Of a stretch of 64,000 nt of DNA, positions 39,593 to 48,602 are shown piece after piece (position 1 is the first letter of the stretch; every line of letters begins with the position of its first letter). The stretch comes from an uncultured bacterium (lineage in GTDB: Bacteria; Babelota; Babeliae; Babelales; Babelaceae). The notes beneath the pieces were generated by a model. It worked only from the letters and a program-made list of their open reading frames with translations. It had not been told where the DNA came from and made no database searches. The DNA lies in contig CAWKFG010000001.1 in NCBI GenBank assembly GCA_963848965.1, forward strand, positions 512,001 through 576,000, given 5' to 3'. Both the position numbers and the translations under genes were made by a program.

Positions 39593-40420
39593 ATGGAATT
39601 GAAGCAACTGATAAGGTTAGATATTGATAATGATAAAGTATATGTTTTAGAGGCTGCGCAAGATAAGCTTATTATTAATAATGCCAATAATGGAGTTCTT
39701 ATCTTAAATGATGCTTTAACACTTATACAAGATGTTCCTTTGCTTGATGATTTACGTATTACATGGCTCTATAAGAGAGTTACTCAAGATGCTCTTTTAT
39801 TATATTGTTATGAAAATAATGTGCTTGTTCATCTCGATCTTCATACCTTTAAACATAGTCTTATTCTACTACCTGACGGATATCGTGGACAATTATTTTC
39901 ACCTCTTTACTATTGGAGCCATGACGATATTATTCTTTCTACAAGTAATAAGCTTCATAGAGTGAATGTTATAGATGCAACAATTGTAGAGATTGCTGAA
40001 ACCGATATTGAGGAAGATCATCTTGAATTTTATAAAGTATGGACTGAATTTCGCGAAAAAGAGATTATTTTCTACGATCCTACAGATTACTCGTTCCTTA
40101 TACGGGAAAAAGATTCTGTAGTATTTGAGCACTTTGATTTTATACGAGAAAGGCGTATTAAAAAAGAAATTCCATTAGTAGGGAATGTACGAGATGCTCA
40201 TTATCATAAAGGTCTTGTTACGCTTGTGTATGAACATCAGCTTGTTATTGTATCTATTGAAAATGAGTTCCATGTAAAACTTACTATGCAAGAGCAGTAT
40301 ATTTTTAGAAGTGCACGCTTTTTAGGAAGCTCATATAAAAAGTTAGCAGTTTTGTTTAATGATACTTCACGACCTAAGCATAGTGTGCTTAAAGTATATG
40401 AGATAGAGCAGAAAAAATGA
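39593..40420 (+). CDS. Hypothetical beta-rich protein
   Basis: 275-aa ORF with GGGG RBS; no recognised motif. Confidence 0.6.
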   Translation: MELKQLIRLDIDNDKVYVLEAAQDKLIINNANNGVLILNDALTLIQDVPLLDDLRITWLYKRVTQDALLLYCYENNVLVHLDLHTFKHSLILLPDGYRGQLFSPLYYWSHDDIILSTSNKLHRVNVIDATIVEIAETDIEEDHLEFYKVWTEFREKEIIFYDPTDYSFLIREKDSVVFEHFDFIRERRIKKEIPLVGNVRDAHYHKGLVTLVYEHQLVIVSIENEFHVKLTMQEQYIFRSARFLGSSYKKLAVLFNDTSRPKHSVLKVYEIEQKK

Positions 40421-40485
40421 GGGTTGCCAGAGGACTATTTTTTGGAGTATGATAAATAAAAAATAAGGTATGGGGAGGGGGAGAT

Positions 40486-41355
40486 ATGAAATATACTAGC
40501 GTGCTGCTCTGTATAATGAGTTATCAGTTGTTACTAGCAGAACAGAAAGATATGATACAAGATTTACAAACGCCTACCGTTGTATTTATTCATGGTACTC
40601 TTTTTCCCTTCATTACTAAATTGATCCACAAGGTTGAATGTCCAAGGGGAATACATCTTGCACGTACTCTTAAAAATCAGAATGCATTAAAATATCTTTC
40701 TACATGGCTCCATGAAGCAGCAGAAAGAGAGTTTCCTTTTGATTCTTTTTACTTCTATGGATGGCCGGGTACCTTAAGTTTTAAAGATCGTTTAGAAGCA
40801 GCTGAAGAGCTGTATAACTTTTTGCGTACCTGTAAAACTCCTGTTACTATTATAGGACATAGTCATGGTTGTAATGTTGCTCTTTACCTTGCAAAAATAG
40901 CCGAAAAGTATCCCGAAATATCCTTGGTGATCGATAAATTAATTCTGCTTGCTTGTCCTGTGCAAGAAGTTACCGCTTCTTATATTCATGCTCCGCTCTT
41001 TAAACAGATTTACCATTTTTATTCTGCAGATGACTTTGCTCAAGTCTGTGATCCGCAAGGATTGTATGTAGATGCCTATAAGCACATTACAGGTTCGATA
41101 CCCTTTTTCTCACAGCGTACGTTTAAGCCTGCACCACACCTGGTTCAAGTACAGGTTCTTTTTAATAAGCAAAGTCCAGGACATAATGATTTTATTCTCA
41201 AAGAAGAGTTTTTGAAAAAATTACCAACGCTTGTCTCGCTTGTTCATAAAGAGGCATCTCGTAGAAATGTTCTTGACAAAGGAGCTCACTTTGTTCTTGA
41301 TATAGCTCCTTATAATGAACTTTCTCTTATTGAAAAGCCATTAGCAAAGGCTTAA
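40486..41355 (+). CDS. Exported alpha/beta hydrolase
   Basis: VVFIHGT, nucleophile elbow GHSHG, YSADD, PGH. Confidence 0.8.
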   Translation: MKYTSVLLCIMSYQLLLAEQKDMIQDLQTPTVVFIHGTLFPFITKLIHKVECPRGIHLARTLKNQNALKYLSTWLHEAAEREFPFDSFYFYGWPGTLSFKDRLEAAEELYNFLRTCKTPVTIIGHSHGCNVALYLAKIAEKYPEISLVIDKLILLACPVQEVTASYIHAPLFKQIYHFYSADDFAQVCDPQGLYVDAYKHITGSIPFFSQRTFKPAPHLVQVQVLFNKQSPGHNDFILKEEFLKKLPTLVSLVHKEASRRNVLDKGAHFVLDIAPYNELSLIEKPLAKA

Positions 41356-41924
41356 GTTATAGCTCTTTGTTTGAGCCATTCTATAATTTCTTGTTTTCGC
41401 ATCTCCTGGGCCCATAAGAGAGCTTTGTACAAGCAAGCGCCGTTTTGTAAAAGAAGCTCTACAACTGGTAGATGATTATTTTGTATAGCATATAGTAAAG
41501 CACGATTATCATGTTCACGTGCATTGGCGCCATGAGCTAAAAGAAGAGATGCTATTTCTCTCTTTCCGTGTAAAGCGGCAGCCATAAGAGCACAGCTCAG
41601 AGCAGAGGAATCAGTATAAAAAGGAAGAAGTTTTTGTACCATGTCCTTATTTCCTTTATGAGTAGCTGCAATAAGGGGAGATTTATCGTTATCATACACC
41701 TTGTGTCCATTGTTAATGTAACTTTCAAGCATAGAAACGTTTCCTTGCATAATCGGAATCATAAGGTAAAAATCGCCATGAACGGTACGTACCGGCTCTG
41801 TTTCTTTAAAACAAAATTTCTTGTGCGATGATCCTAAAGAAAAATTGTTTTTTGGTCTTTTCATTGCTTGTAATGAGTGCTGGCTATAAAGAAGTGCTAT
41901 AACAATGACTCTATATAGTTTCAT
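41352..41924 (-). CDS. Exported ankyrin protein with NLS-like motif
   Basis: Signal peptide ending LQA|MKR; KR-X11-KK; ankyrin repeats. Confidence 0.85.
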   Translation of the reverse strand: MKLYRVIVIALLYSQHSLQAMKRPKNNFSLGSSHKKFCFKETEPVRTVHGDFYLMIPIMQGNVSMLESYINNGHKVYDNDKSPLIAATHKGNKDMVQKLLPFYTDSSALSCALMAAALHGKREIASLLLAHGANAREHDNRALLYAIQNNHLPVVELLLQNGACLYKALLWAQEMRKQEIIEWLKQRAIT

Positions 41925-42033
41925 AATAATTCCAGTAAGCGCATAGCCTCGTAAGCTCTACAGCGCTTGGTTCGTCTATAAGATAAATGCTTATTCAAAA
42001 ATAGTACTCTTCTCTTACTATACACTAAAAAGC

Positions 42034-42059
42034 AGTGCTATAAAAGCTTTTATAGCACT
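42034..42059. promoter_or_regulatory. Perfect 26-bp palindrome in divergent intergenic region
   Basis: AGTGCTATAAAAGCTTTTATAGCACT is its own reverse complement. Confidence 0.55.
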
Positions 42060-42202
42060 ACAACCAGTTATGGTTCCTAAGTATAAAGTATACCAAGCAT
42101 CTGCCTAAAAATGACAAATAATCAACTTGGCAACATACGTCGCTTGATAAATTTTTATAATATGCTAATTTAAATAATGATTTCTCAGAGAAAAGGATTA
42201 TT

Positions 42203-42481
42203 ATGAAACATCTGTATTTATTAGTGCTCTTTGTAAGTGTACCATTTTTTGCTTTTGCTGGCGGAGCAGAAAAGCGAGAAGCACAAGCATCAGAAGATAT
42301 TTCTATACATAAAAAGGCTCGTACGCAAGAGCTTCAAATAAGTATTACAGAACTGCTTATGCAGCAAAATACTTTTTTAGAGTCTCTCGCACAACGACTT
42401 GAAAACTTAAAGAAAAATAGTGAGGAATTTCTTAAAGAGATAGAGTATTTGGAGCAGCAACTGCTTACTAAAGGAAGCTGA
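42203..42481 (+). CDS. Small exported NLS + coiled-coil protein
   Basis: FAFA|GGAEKR-X11-KKAR, then heptad-rich helix. Confidence 0.7.
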   Translation: MKHLYLLVLFVSVPFFAFAGGAEKREAQASEDISIHKKARTQELQISITELLMQQNTFLESLAQRLENLKKNSEEFLKEIEYLEQQLLTKGS

Positions 42482-42484
42482 TGT

Positions 42485-43633
42485 ATGAAGAGACAATTAC
42501 TGCTATTTCTTCTTATAATAGGGGGAATAGCATACGGATCTGGTGAGCTTTTAACCGAACTTTCAAGCAAGGAACACTTATCAGCGCTTATAATAAAGCG
42601 TCGTGCATTGCTTGAAAAAATTAGAAGTGATATTGAAAGTATTACAACAAATTATGATCTTATAGAAACAAAGATAGCCTCTTTGCAACAGGGGCTTAAA
42701 CCACAAGAAGAAAAAGACTTACATGCTGAAATAAAGGAAATCTTTTATAGGCCTGTCGAGGATGATTTTATTATATGGTATACTCATGGAAAAGTTGTAA
42801 AGTTGAATCCTGTAATGCAGTGCCAACTGAGTGTTCTCTTTGAGAATATACAAGCTTGTGGATTCTGTTGCTATCAAAAAGACGAGCAATGCTTTGTTGT
42901 TGCAACTGAGCAAGCTCTTGAACTTCGCAAAGGACAAACAGTCGTATGGTCAAGTGGTAAAGATACGCGAGCTCAAGGTATTTATGCTCTCTATCCTCAT
43001 CCTCTAGATAAGGATCGTGTTATTACTCTCCATACTAATGGACATGTGAAATTATGGGATCTAAAGAAGCGTGATTTTATAATGGCTCTTATGAAGCAAT
43101 GTAACAAGATTAACCATATGTGTATCACAAAGAATAATCATCTTGTTATGGCAGAAGAGACAGCTCTTAAAGTGCGAACTCTTGCTCTTACTACGAAAAG
43201 CTATAAAATTGCGGTACCAGAAAAAATTACTGCCCTTTGTAAAGATCCAAGCAACAATGATCAGGTTGTTATAGCAGGTAAGGAGCTACAAATATGGAAT
43301 GTGGTTTCTAAAAACTGTGTGCGTAAACTTGAGTGTAATGAAAAAGTTTCTGCGCTCTGTGCTCTAAAAAAGAGTTCCTTGAGTATTAATAACTGTATTA
43401 TTGCAGGAACTGAGCAAGGGAATATTATGCTCTGGAATGATGATTCTACTAAAAGAGTATACTTTAAAGCACATGGTACTCCTATAACGCATCTTGTTGT
43501 CGATAAACACGGCCGAATTATTTCGGCAGCTTACGATAGAACTGTTTCTGTATGGGCGTGTGTTGCAAAAGATACATGGGAAAAAATAGGTACTTTTAAA
43601 TTAGATAAAACGATAGAGAACGAAACATTATAA
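42485..43633 (+). CDS. Exported coiled-coil + WD40 protein
   Basis: GHVKLWD, LQIWN, GNIMLWN, AHGTPIT..SAAYDRTVSVW. Confidence 0.85.
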   Translation: MKRQLLLFLLIIGGIAYGSGELLTELSSKEHLSALIIKRRALLEKIRSDIESITTNYDLIETKIASLQQGLKPQEEKDLHAEIKEIFYRPVEDDFIIWYTHGKVVKLNPVMQCQLSVLFENIQACGFCCYQKDEQCFVVATEQALELRKGQTVVWSSGKDTRAQGIYALYPHPLDKDRVITLHTNGHVKLWDLKKRDFIMALMKQCNKINHMCITKNNHLVMAEETALKVRTLALTTKSYKIAVPEKITALCKDPSNNDQVVIAGKELQIWNVVSKNCVRKLECNEKVSALCALKKSSLSINNCIIAGTEQGNIMLWNDDSTKRVYFKAHGTPITHLVVDKHGRIISAAYDRTVSVWACVAKDTWEKIGTFKLDKTIENETL

Positions 43634-43646
43634 TAAGGAATTATGT

Positions 43647-45593
43647 ATGAATAAAGTATTGTTAGCGCTTGCTCTAGGAATTTCGGGAAGCGTATTATAT
43701 GCAGGTGGTCAAGAGAAACGATCAGCAGATGAACATCCTCAAGTATCGCCATTAAAAAAATCGCGTACGACGGAAGAAGATGCTTCTGATAGTATACTTG
43801 CACAATTAAGAGAAGAGCTTACACAGTTTAAAGCTTCAGATATTCAGGCTTCTCTAAAGGCACTTGAAGAAAGAAACGAAAAGAATAGAGAAGAGTTTAA
43901 TAAGCTTAAAGCACGAGCAGGATCAGATACGCCTGCTTTACCAGCGCCTCCTAAACGACCTGCTGCAAAAATAACAGCAGTGCCACAATTGACTGGTCCA
44001 AAACCAGCAGCAAAAGCAAGTGATAACTCAAAAGAAAAAGAGAGCTCTCTTAGAACATCTCAAGGTAATGATCACTCAGTTAAAAAATTTAGAGCAACTA
44101 CAGATATTACTGCAAAGCCAGCTACTGGAACTCAAGATGGTGGTGTTAGTAACCCTATGTCTGCAAAACCTGCAGCTTCTCCTGAGGCCCCAAGCATTAT
44201 TAGGACTAAACAGCCGCTTATTCCTAGTTTACCAAAAGCTCCTGAGCAGACTGGTGTACCAGCTCAACTACCAATGCCTATAGTTGCTAAAGCTCCAGAG
44301 CAAACACATCTTTCTGCTCCAGTATTGCCTAAGGATTCAGAGCTTATAAGTGTACCTGCGCTTGCGCAAGCACCTCTAACAGCTAAGGCTCAAGAGATTG
44401 TAAATCTACCAGTACCAGCAGTTGCTAAACCTGCAGAAAGTGCACAATCAGAGATAGCAAAGACTACGAGAGTACAAGATTTGCTTGATGGCGGAGCTGC
44501 CGTGTCTATACCACATACTCTAAGCTTAGATAGTGGACTTTTTTCTACAAAAGAAGAGTCATTAACACCGCGTAAATTAAGTTTGTTACAAAGATTGAAT
44601 ACAATAAAAAGCCAAACAGTACAACGTCCTGCACAAAGCTCTATTTCTTGTATAATGTATTCACCTCTTACTAAAGAGTTGCTTGTAGGATGCCTTGATT
44701 GCAGTATACGAAAATACTCACAGCTTTCGCCATTATCAGGAAATAAAATTGGTGAGCATGATACTTCAGTAAAGTGTATGATTGTAGATCCTGTATCCCA
44801 AAAGTATCTTATTTCAGGTTCGTTCGACGGAGCTATAAAGGTATGGGATATTGCAGGGCAGCGATGTGTAGCATCATGGTTTGGTCATAACCGTGCTCTT
44901 CTTGCTTTCTTTATTAATCCCGAGAACCCCAATATTCTTATTTCTACTTCCGAGGATGGAACTCTGAAATTATGGGATTTAGGAAGCATTCGTCAAGCAG
45001 GAGAATTAAAGGGTGAATGTATTGTAGACAAATTTATATGTTCTCATGAGCTTACATTTAGTGAGCCTGTTACAGCAGTGACCTTTATACCAAGTGAGCC
45101 AACTGTTGCTTTCATTGGTAATGGTACTGAAATAGTGCTCTATGATTTAAGTAATGCAACCAAAGCTTATTCTTGGGATGATAATGTATTACTTAGTGCG
45201 CCTATAGCAGCGCTTTGTGGACATCCAGAAAATAGTGATTTGATAATTCTTGGGACACGAAATGGTGCGCTCTTTATATGGGATATTACAAAACCAAAAG
45301 AATCGCGCATTGTAGCCCAATTGAAAGCACCTGCATCTGTTAATATCAGCTCTTTAACAAAACTATCTATAGATTCTAAACAGCTTGTTTTACAAGCGAG
45401 TGATACTATTGCTCTTTGGAATCTTACAAATGGACGATTTATCACAAGTGTAAGAGTATCTGGGACAATTGCTAGTTTTGTGCTCGATCAAACAAAGATT
45501 GTTATAGCAACAGTTGCTGGACAACTTTTTACAGCAGATGTTATTCGTAATCAAGGAGAAATTACTGCATTTGGGCCGCTTACGGCCCTTTAA
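43647..45593 (+). CDS. Exported NLS + coiled-coil + Pro-rich linker + WD40 protein
   Basis: LYA|GGQEKR-X11-KKSR; SGSFDGAIKVWD, GHNR..STSEDGTLKLWD. Confidence 0.87.
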   Translation: MNKVLLALALGISGSVLYAGGQEKRSADEHPQVSPLKKSRTTEEDASDSILAQLREELTQFKASDIQASLKALEERNEKNREEFNKLKARAGSDTPALPAPPKRPAAKITAVPQLTGPKPAAKASDNSKEKESSLRTSQGNDHSVKKFRATTDITAKPATGTQDGGVSNPMSAKPAASPEAPSIIRTKQPLIPSLPKAPEQTGVPAQLPMPIVAKAPEQTHLSAPVLPKDSELISVPALAQAPLTAKAQEIVNLPVPAVAKPAESAQSEIAKTTRVQDLLDGGAAVSIPHTLSLDSGLFSTKEESLTPRKLSLLQRLNTIKSQTVQRPAQSSISCIMYSPLTKELLVGCLDCSIRKYSQLSPLSGNKIGEHDTSVKCMIVDPVSQKYLISGSFDGAIKVWDIAGQRCVASWFGHNRALLAFFINPENPNILISTSEDGTLKLWDLGSIRQAGELKGECIVDKFICSHELTFSEPVTAVTFIPSEPTVAFIGNGTEIVLYDLSNATKAYSWDDNVLLSAPIAALCGHPENSDLIILGTRNGALFIWDITKPKESRIVAQLKAPASVNISSLTKLSIDSKQLVLQASDTIALWNLTNGRFITSVRVSGTIASFVLDQTKIVIATVAGQLFTADVIRNQGEITAFGPLTAL

Positions 45594-45628
45594 AAAGTGT
45601 TAACTTATTTTAATGAAGAGTGTATACA

Positions 45629-46960
45629 ATGAGAACTTTATTTTACTTACTTTCTCTTGTGTTGTGCGTACAGACTGTACTCCACTGTGGTGGAGATAGT
45701 CCTAAGCGCAAACGAAATGATGATTCTTCCGAGAGTGCTTCAAGCCAAAAGAAGAAGAGATATTCGCAAGAAGAGCTGATACATATTATGAGCTTAATGC
45801 AAAAGTATCGTGAGCAGCGATTGAAAATACAGTCTCTTATAAAAGATCTTCAAAAAGGAACTGAAGAGATAGAGCAGAATATTGCATCTTTATATAAAGA
45901 ACGCGAGCAGGTTGAATCAGCAGATTCTTTCAATAGATCTGTAGAGTCTGATGAAGAAAGCGATGCTTCAACTGTAGGACGATCATCTCCTCTTTTAGCT
46001 GATTTTGATGCGATGGAAGAGATTGCTCAAGAAAAGAGAACTATGCCAGAATTGTGGCTCTTTCGGTATGATGCGCGCAGCAAGCAAGGATTTGCTTGTT
46101 ATGAAGGTAAATCTATTCGCGTATGGGATCTATCTTCGCGGCGTAGCATAGCAACTATTGCCGTTCCTGATGAAGGAGATATTTTGGATTTACGTATTCA
46201 TCCTTATAAACCACAGCATTGTATCATTGCAACGAAAGACTCAATACAAGTGCTCGGGCCAGCAGGATGCTTATGGAAAAGCAAAGTTGATGTAGGAAAG
46301 GACACTCGTGTTCTTTATATTAATCCTCATAATCAGCGGCAGTTATTTACTGGCCATGGTAATGGGATTGTACGCTTGTGGGACATTGAAACAGGAAAGC
46401 GTTTAAAAGAGTTTACTATGTTTGATACTTCCCGCGAAAATAGTAATGAAAATGCTATTTTTTCACTTTGTACTACTCAAGACAAAACGCTGATCGCTGC
46501 TACGTATAAAGGTAAAGTGAAGCTTAAAACAGAGGTCTCATCTATACCATTTCAATCTTTTCCTGCAGATGAGGAAAGTTTGCTTTATACTCATCCAATT
46601 GATAGTGGTAAGATTATTGTGGCTGGAAACGGTATAAGAATACGTAGTATACGAGGTAAAAATTGGCCACAAGCATTTAAAACTGCTGATGATGTAACTG
46701 CTGTTTGTACAATTCATAATTCATCTATGTATATTATAGCAGGTTTAAAAAATGGATCTATAGAGCTGTGGCGAGAGCTTGATGCTCATAATTACGCATT
46801 GATAACTACTTTTAGCAAATGCCATACAGGACCTATTATTTTCTTAGGGTTTGACGAAGAAAAGAACCAGCTTATTTCTGCTGGAGAGGATGGGTTAATT
46901 AAAGTGTGGGATTTAAACAAAGAGCGTACGTATGCCCATTGTGTAGATTCGCTTATATAA
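45629..46960 (+). CDS. Exported NLS + coiled-coil + WD40 protein
   Basis: LHC|GGDSPKRKR-X11-KKKR; IRVWD, GIVRLWD, SAGEDGLIKVWD. Confidence 0.87.
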   Translation: MRTLFYLLSLVLCVQTVLHCGGDSPKRKRNDDSSESASSQKKKRYSQEELIHIMSLMQKYREQRLKIQSLIKDLQKGTEEIEQNIASLYKEREQVESADSFNRSVESDEESDASTVGRSSPLLADFDAMEEIAQEKRTMPELWLFRYDARSKQGFACYEGKSIRVWDLSSRRSIATIAVPDEGDILDLRIHPYKPQHCIIATKDSIQVLGPAGCLWKSKVDVGKDTRVLYINPHNQRQLFTGHGNGIVRLWDIETGKRLKEFTMFDTSRENSNENAIFSLCTTQDKTLIAATYKGKVKLKTEVSSIPFQSFPADEESLLYTHPIDSGKIIVAGNGIRIRSIRGKNWPQAFKTADDVTAVCTIHNSSMYIIAGLKNGSIELWRELDAHNYALITTFSKCHTGPIIFLGFDEEKNQLISAGEDGLIKVWDLNKERTYAHCVDSLI

Positions 46961-46962
46961 AT

Positions 46963-47124
46963 AAAAAGGGAGGCATATAAAACGCCTCCCATTTTACCTC
47001 CAGGACGAACCCGGAGGCTACATTTATTGTGGAAGGTAGCATTAAAACTACCTTCCTTTTTGCTTCCAGGACGAACCTGGAAGCTATACTTTTACATCTG
47101 TTATATTTCAAATATTTATTTCTA
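46963..47124 (-). ncRNA. Candidate sRNA: tandem duplicated two-hairpin unit
   Basis: Consensus promoter at 47158-47131; four stems with compensatory changes; last stem followed by U5. Confidence 0.6.
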
Positions 47125-47130
47125 ATATAA

Positions 47131-47158
47131 ATTATAACACAGAAATAAATTTTGTCAA
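47131..47158 (-). promoter_or_regulatory. Consensus sigma70 promoter with extended -10
   Basis: TTGACA-16 nt-TATAAT with TG dinucleotide, reverse strand. Confidence 0.75.
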
Positions 47159-47260
47159 GCACTTTTTTAGAATTTTCTTAAATTTAAAATTAAAAACACC
47201 CTTTTCCTAGAAGCAAAATATGTTATAATTGGGCAAAATGTACAAACGGAAAGAGCAAAA

Positions 47261-48520
47261 ATGAGCTATAAAGTGATTGGAATGATCTGTTTTATGTGGT
47301 TGGGTTTATCTCTCTATGGAATGGAAAAGGAGCCTGTCTTAAAAGCAGCAATGCTTGAAGATGATTTTGGAGTTCTTAACGAACTTTTTGCTAAAATAGC
47401 ATTGGTTGAAAATGCCATAGAGCATTTTCTTAGTCAGGGTATTACGTCTAACATCTCTCATCGGAATTCTTTAGCTGTAGATTCAGCATATTTAAGTCCC
47501 CAGTGCAATTATATAATAGCTCAATCTGCAGGACCCGTGGTAGAAGTGTTTGATATAAGAAAATTCCCGGTAGTTGTGCCCTGTATTACGTGCCATGAAG
47601 GTGCAGCTAAATCTATAGCTATAAGCCAAGATGATAAATATATGTTAAAAGGATATCAAACTGGTATAGCAGAACTCAGCTTCCTCGAAAATTCTACTGG
47701 TAAACCATATGAGCTTTTTGGGCATACGGATGCTATTACTTCTGTAGCATTCAGTAAAGATAGGAGTTATGTGCTAACAGGATCACGGGATGGAACTGCA
47801 CGCATATGGGATATAAAAGCCCTTGAGGCTGTCAAATCATATGTTCTTACAGGTCATACAAAAGGTATTACTTCCGTAGCCACAAGCCCATCCAGCGACA
47901 AAGTGCTAACAGGATCATGGGATAAAACTGCACGAATATGGGATATAAGTAATCCTGAGTCTGTTACGTCATATGAACTTAAGGGCCATAAAGAAGATAT
48001 ACAGTGGGTACAATTTAGTCCAACGGGCACCTATGCTATAACAAGAGATAAAACAGAAGCATATTTATGGAATATAAGTGATCTCAAATCTATTACATCA
48101 CATCGTATAGGTGATAGAAGAGCTGTAAGCGCTATAGTATTTAGCCCAGATGAAAAATATCTCTTGATAGGATATTTTGAAGGTGCTGCACAAATGCTCG
48201 ATATACCTACTTTAAAGGGAACTGCTGTGTCATATACTCTTAAGGGTTTTACTAATCTTTGTTCTGGAGCATTTAGTCCAACAGGATTGCATATGCTGCT
48301 TGGATCGGCTGATGGTAGTGTAAAGCTTTGTACTATAACTGGCACTGACATTGTTGAAAAAACTAAGCTGGATGGGCATAATGGTTGGGTTTCGTCAGTA
48401 GTATGGAGCGTAAACGGAAGATATATTTTAACAGCATCGTGGGATGGAACGCTAGTACTACGAGATATGACTAGTCTTTGCACAGCTACAGAGCTTGCTT
48501 CAAAACGTAAGCAGATTTAG
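47261..48520 (+). CDS. Exported WD40-repeat protein
   Basis: GHTDAITSVAFS..LTGSRDGTARIWD repeats; signal peptide ending LYG|MEK. Confidence 0.92.
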   Translation: MSYKVIGMICFMWLGLSLYGMEKEPVLKAAMLEDDFGVLNELFAKIALVENAIEHFLSQGITSNISHRNSLAVDSAYLSPQCNYIIAQSAGPVVEVFDIRKFPVVVPCITCHEGAAKSIAISQDDKYMLKGYQTGIAELSFLENSTGKPYELFGHTDAITSVAFSKDRSYVLTGSRDGTARIWDIKALEAVKSYVLTGHTKGITSVATSPSSDKVLTGSWDKTARIWDISNPESVTSYELKGHKEDIQWVQFSPTGTYAITRDKTEAYLWNISDLKSITSHRIGDRRAVSAIVFSPDEKYLLIGYFEGAAQMLDIPTLKGTAVSYTLKGFTNLCSGAFSPTGLHMLLGSADGSVKLCTITGTDIVEKTKLDGHNGWVSSVVWSVNGRYILTASWDGTLVLRDMTSLCTATELASKRKQI

Positions 48521-48602
48521 GTTCATACTTCTACTATGTTTTTCTTGTATATTTTTGGTACCTCATTTAAGCTTTATATACTTTTTAAAGAGGGTTCATA
48601 GT

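Noticed and set aside
46981..47085. CAGGACG twice on +, resembling CsrB repeats or a mini-CRISPR
   Set aside because: Stems pair better on the minus strand; only two units, no unique spacers, no cas genes
46953..47162. 69-aa minus-strand ORF with a repeated ASxFVLE motif
   Set aside because: It starts inside the promoter's -35 region without an RBS; the repeat is better explained by RNA stems
48031..48483. 150-aa antisense ORF and the many other 60-100 aa overlapping ORFs in the track
   Set aside because: Shadow frames of well-supported genes with no RBS or motifs
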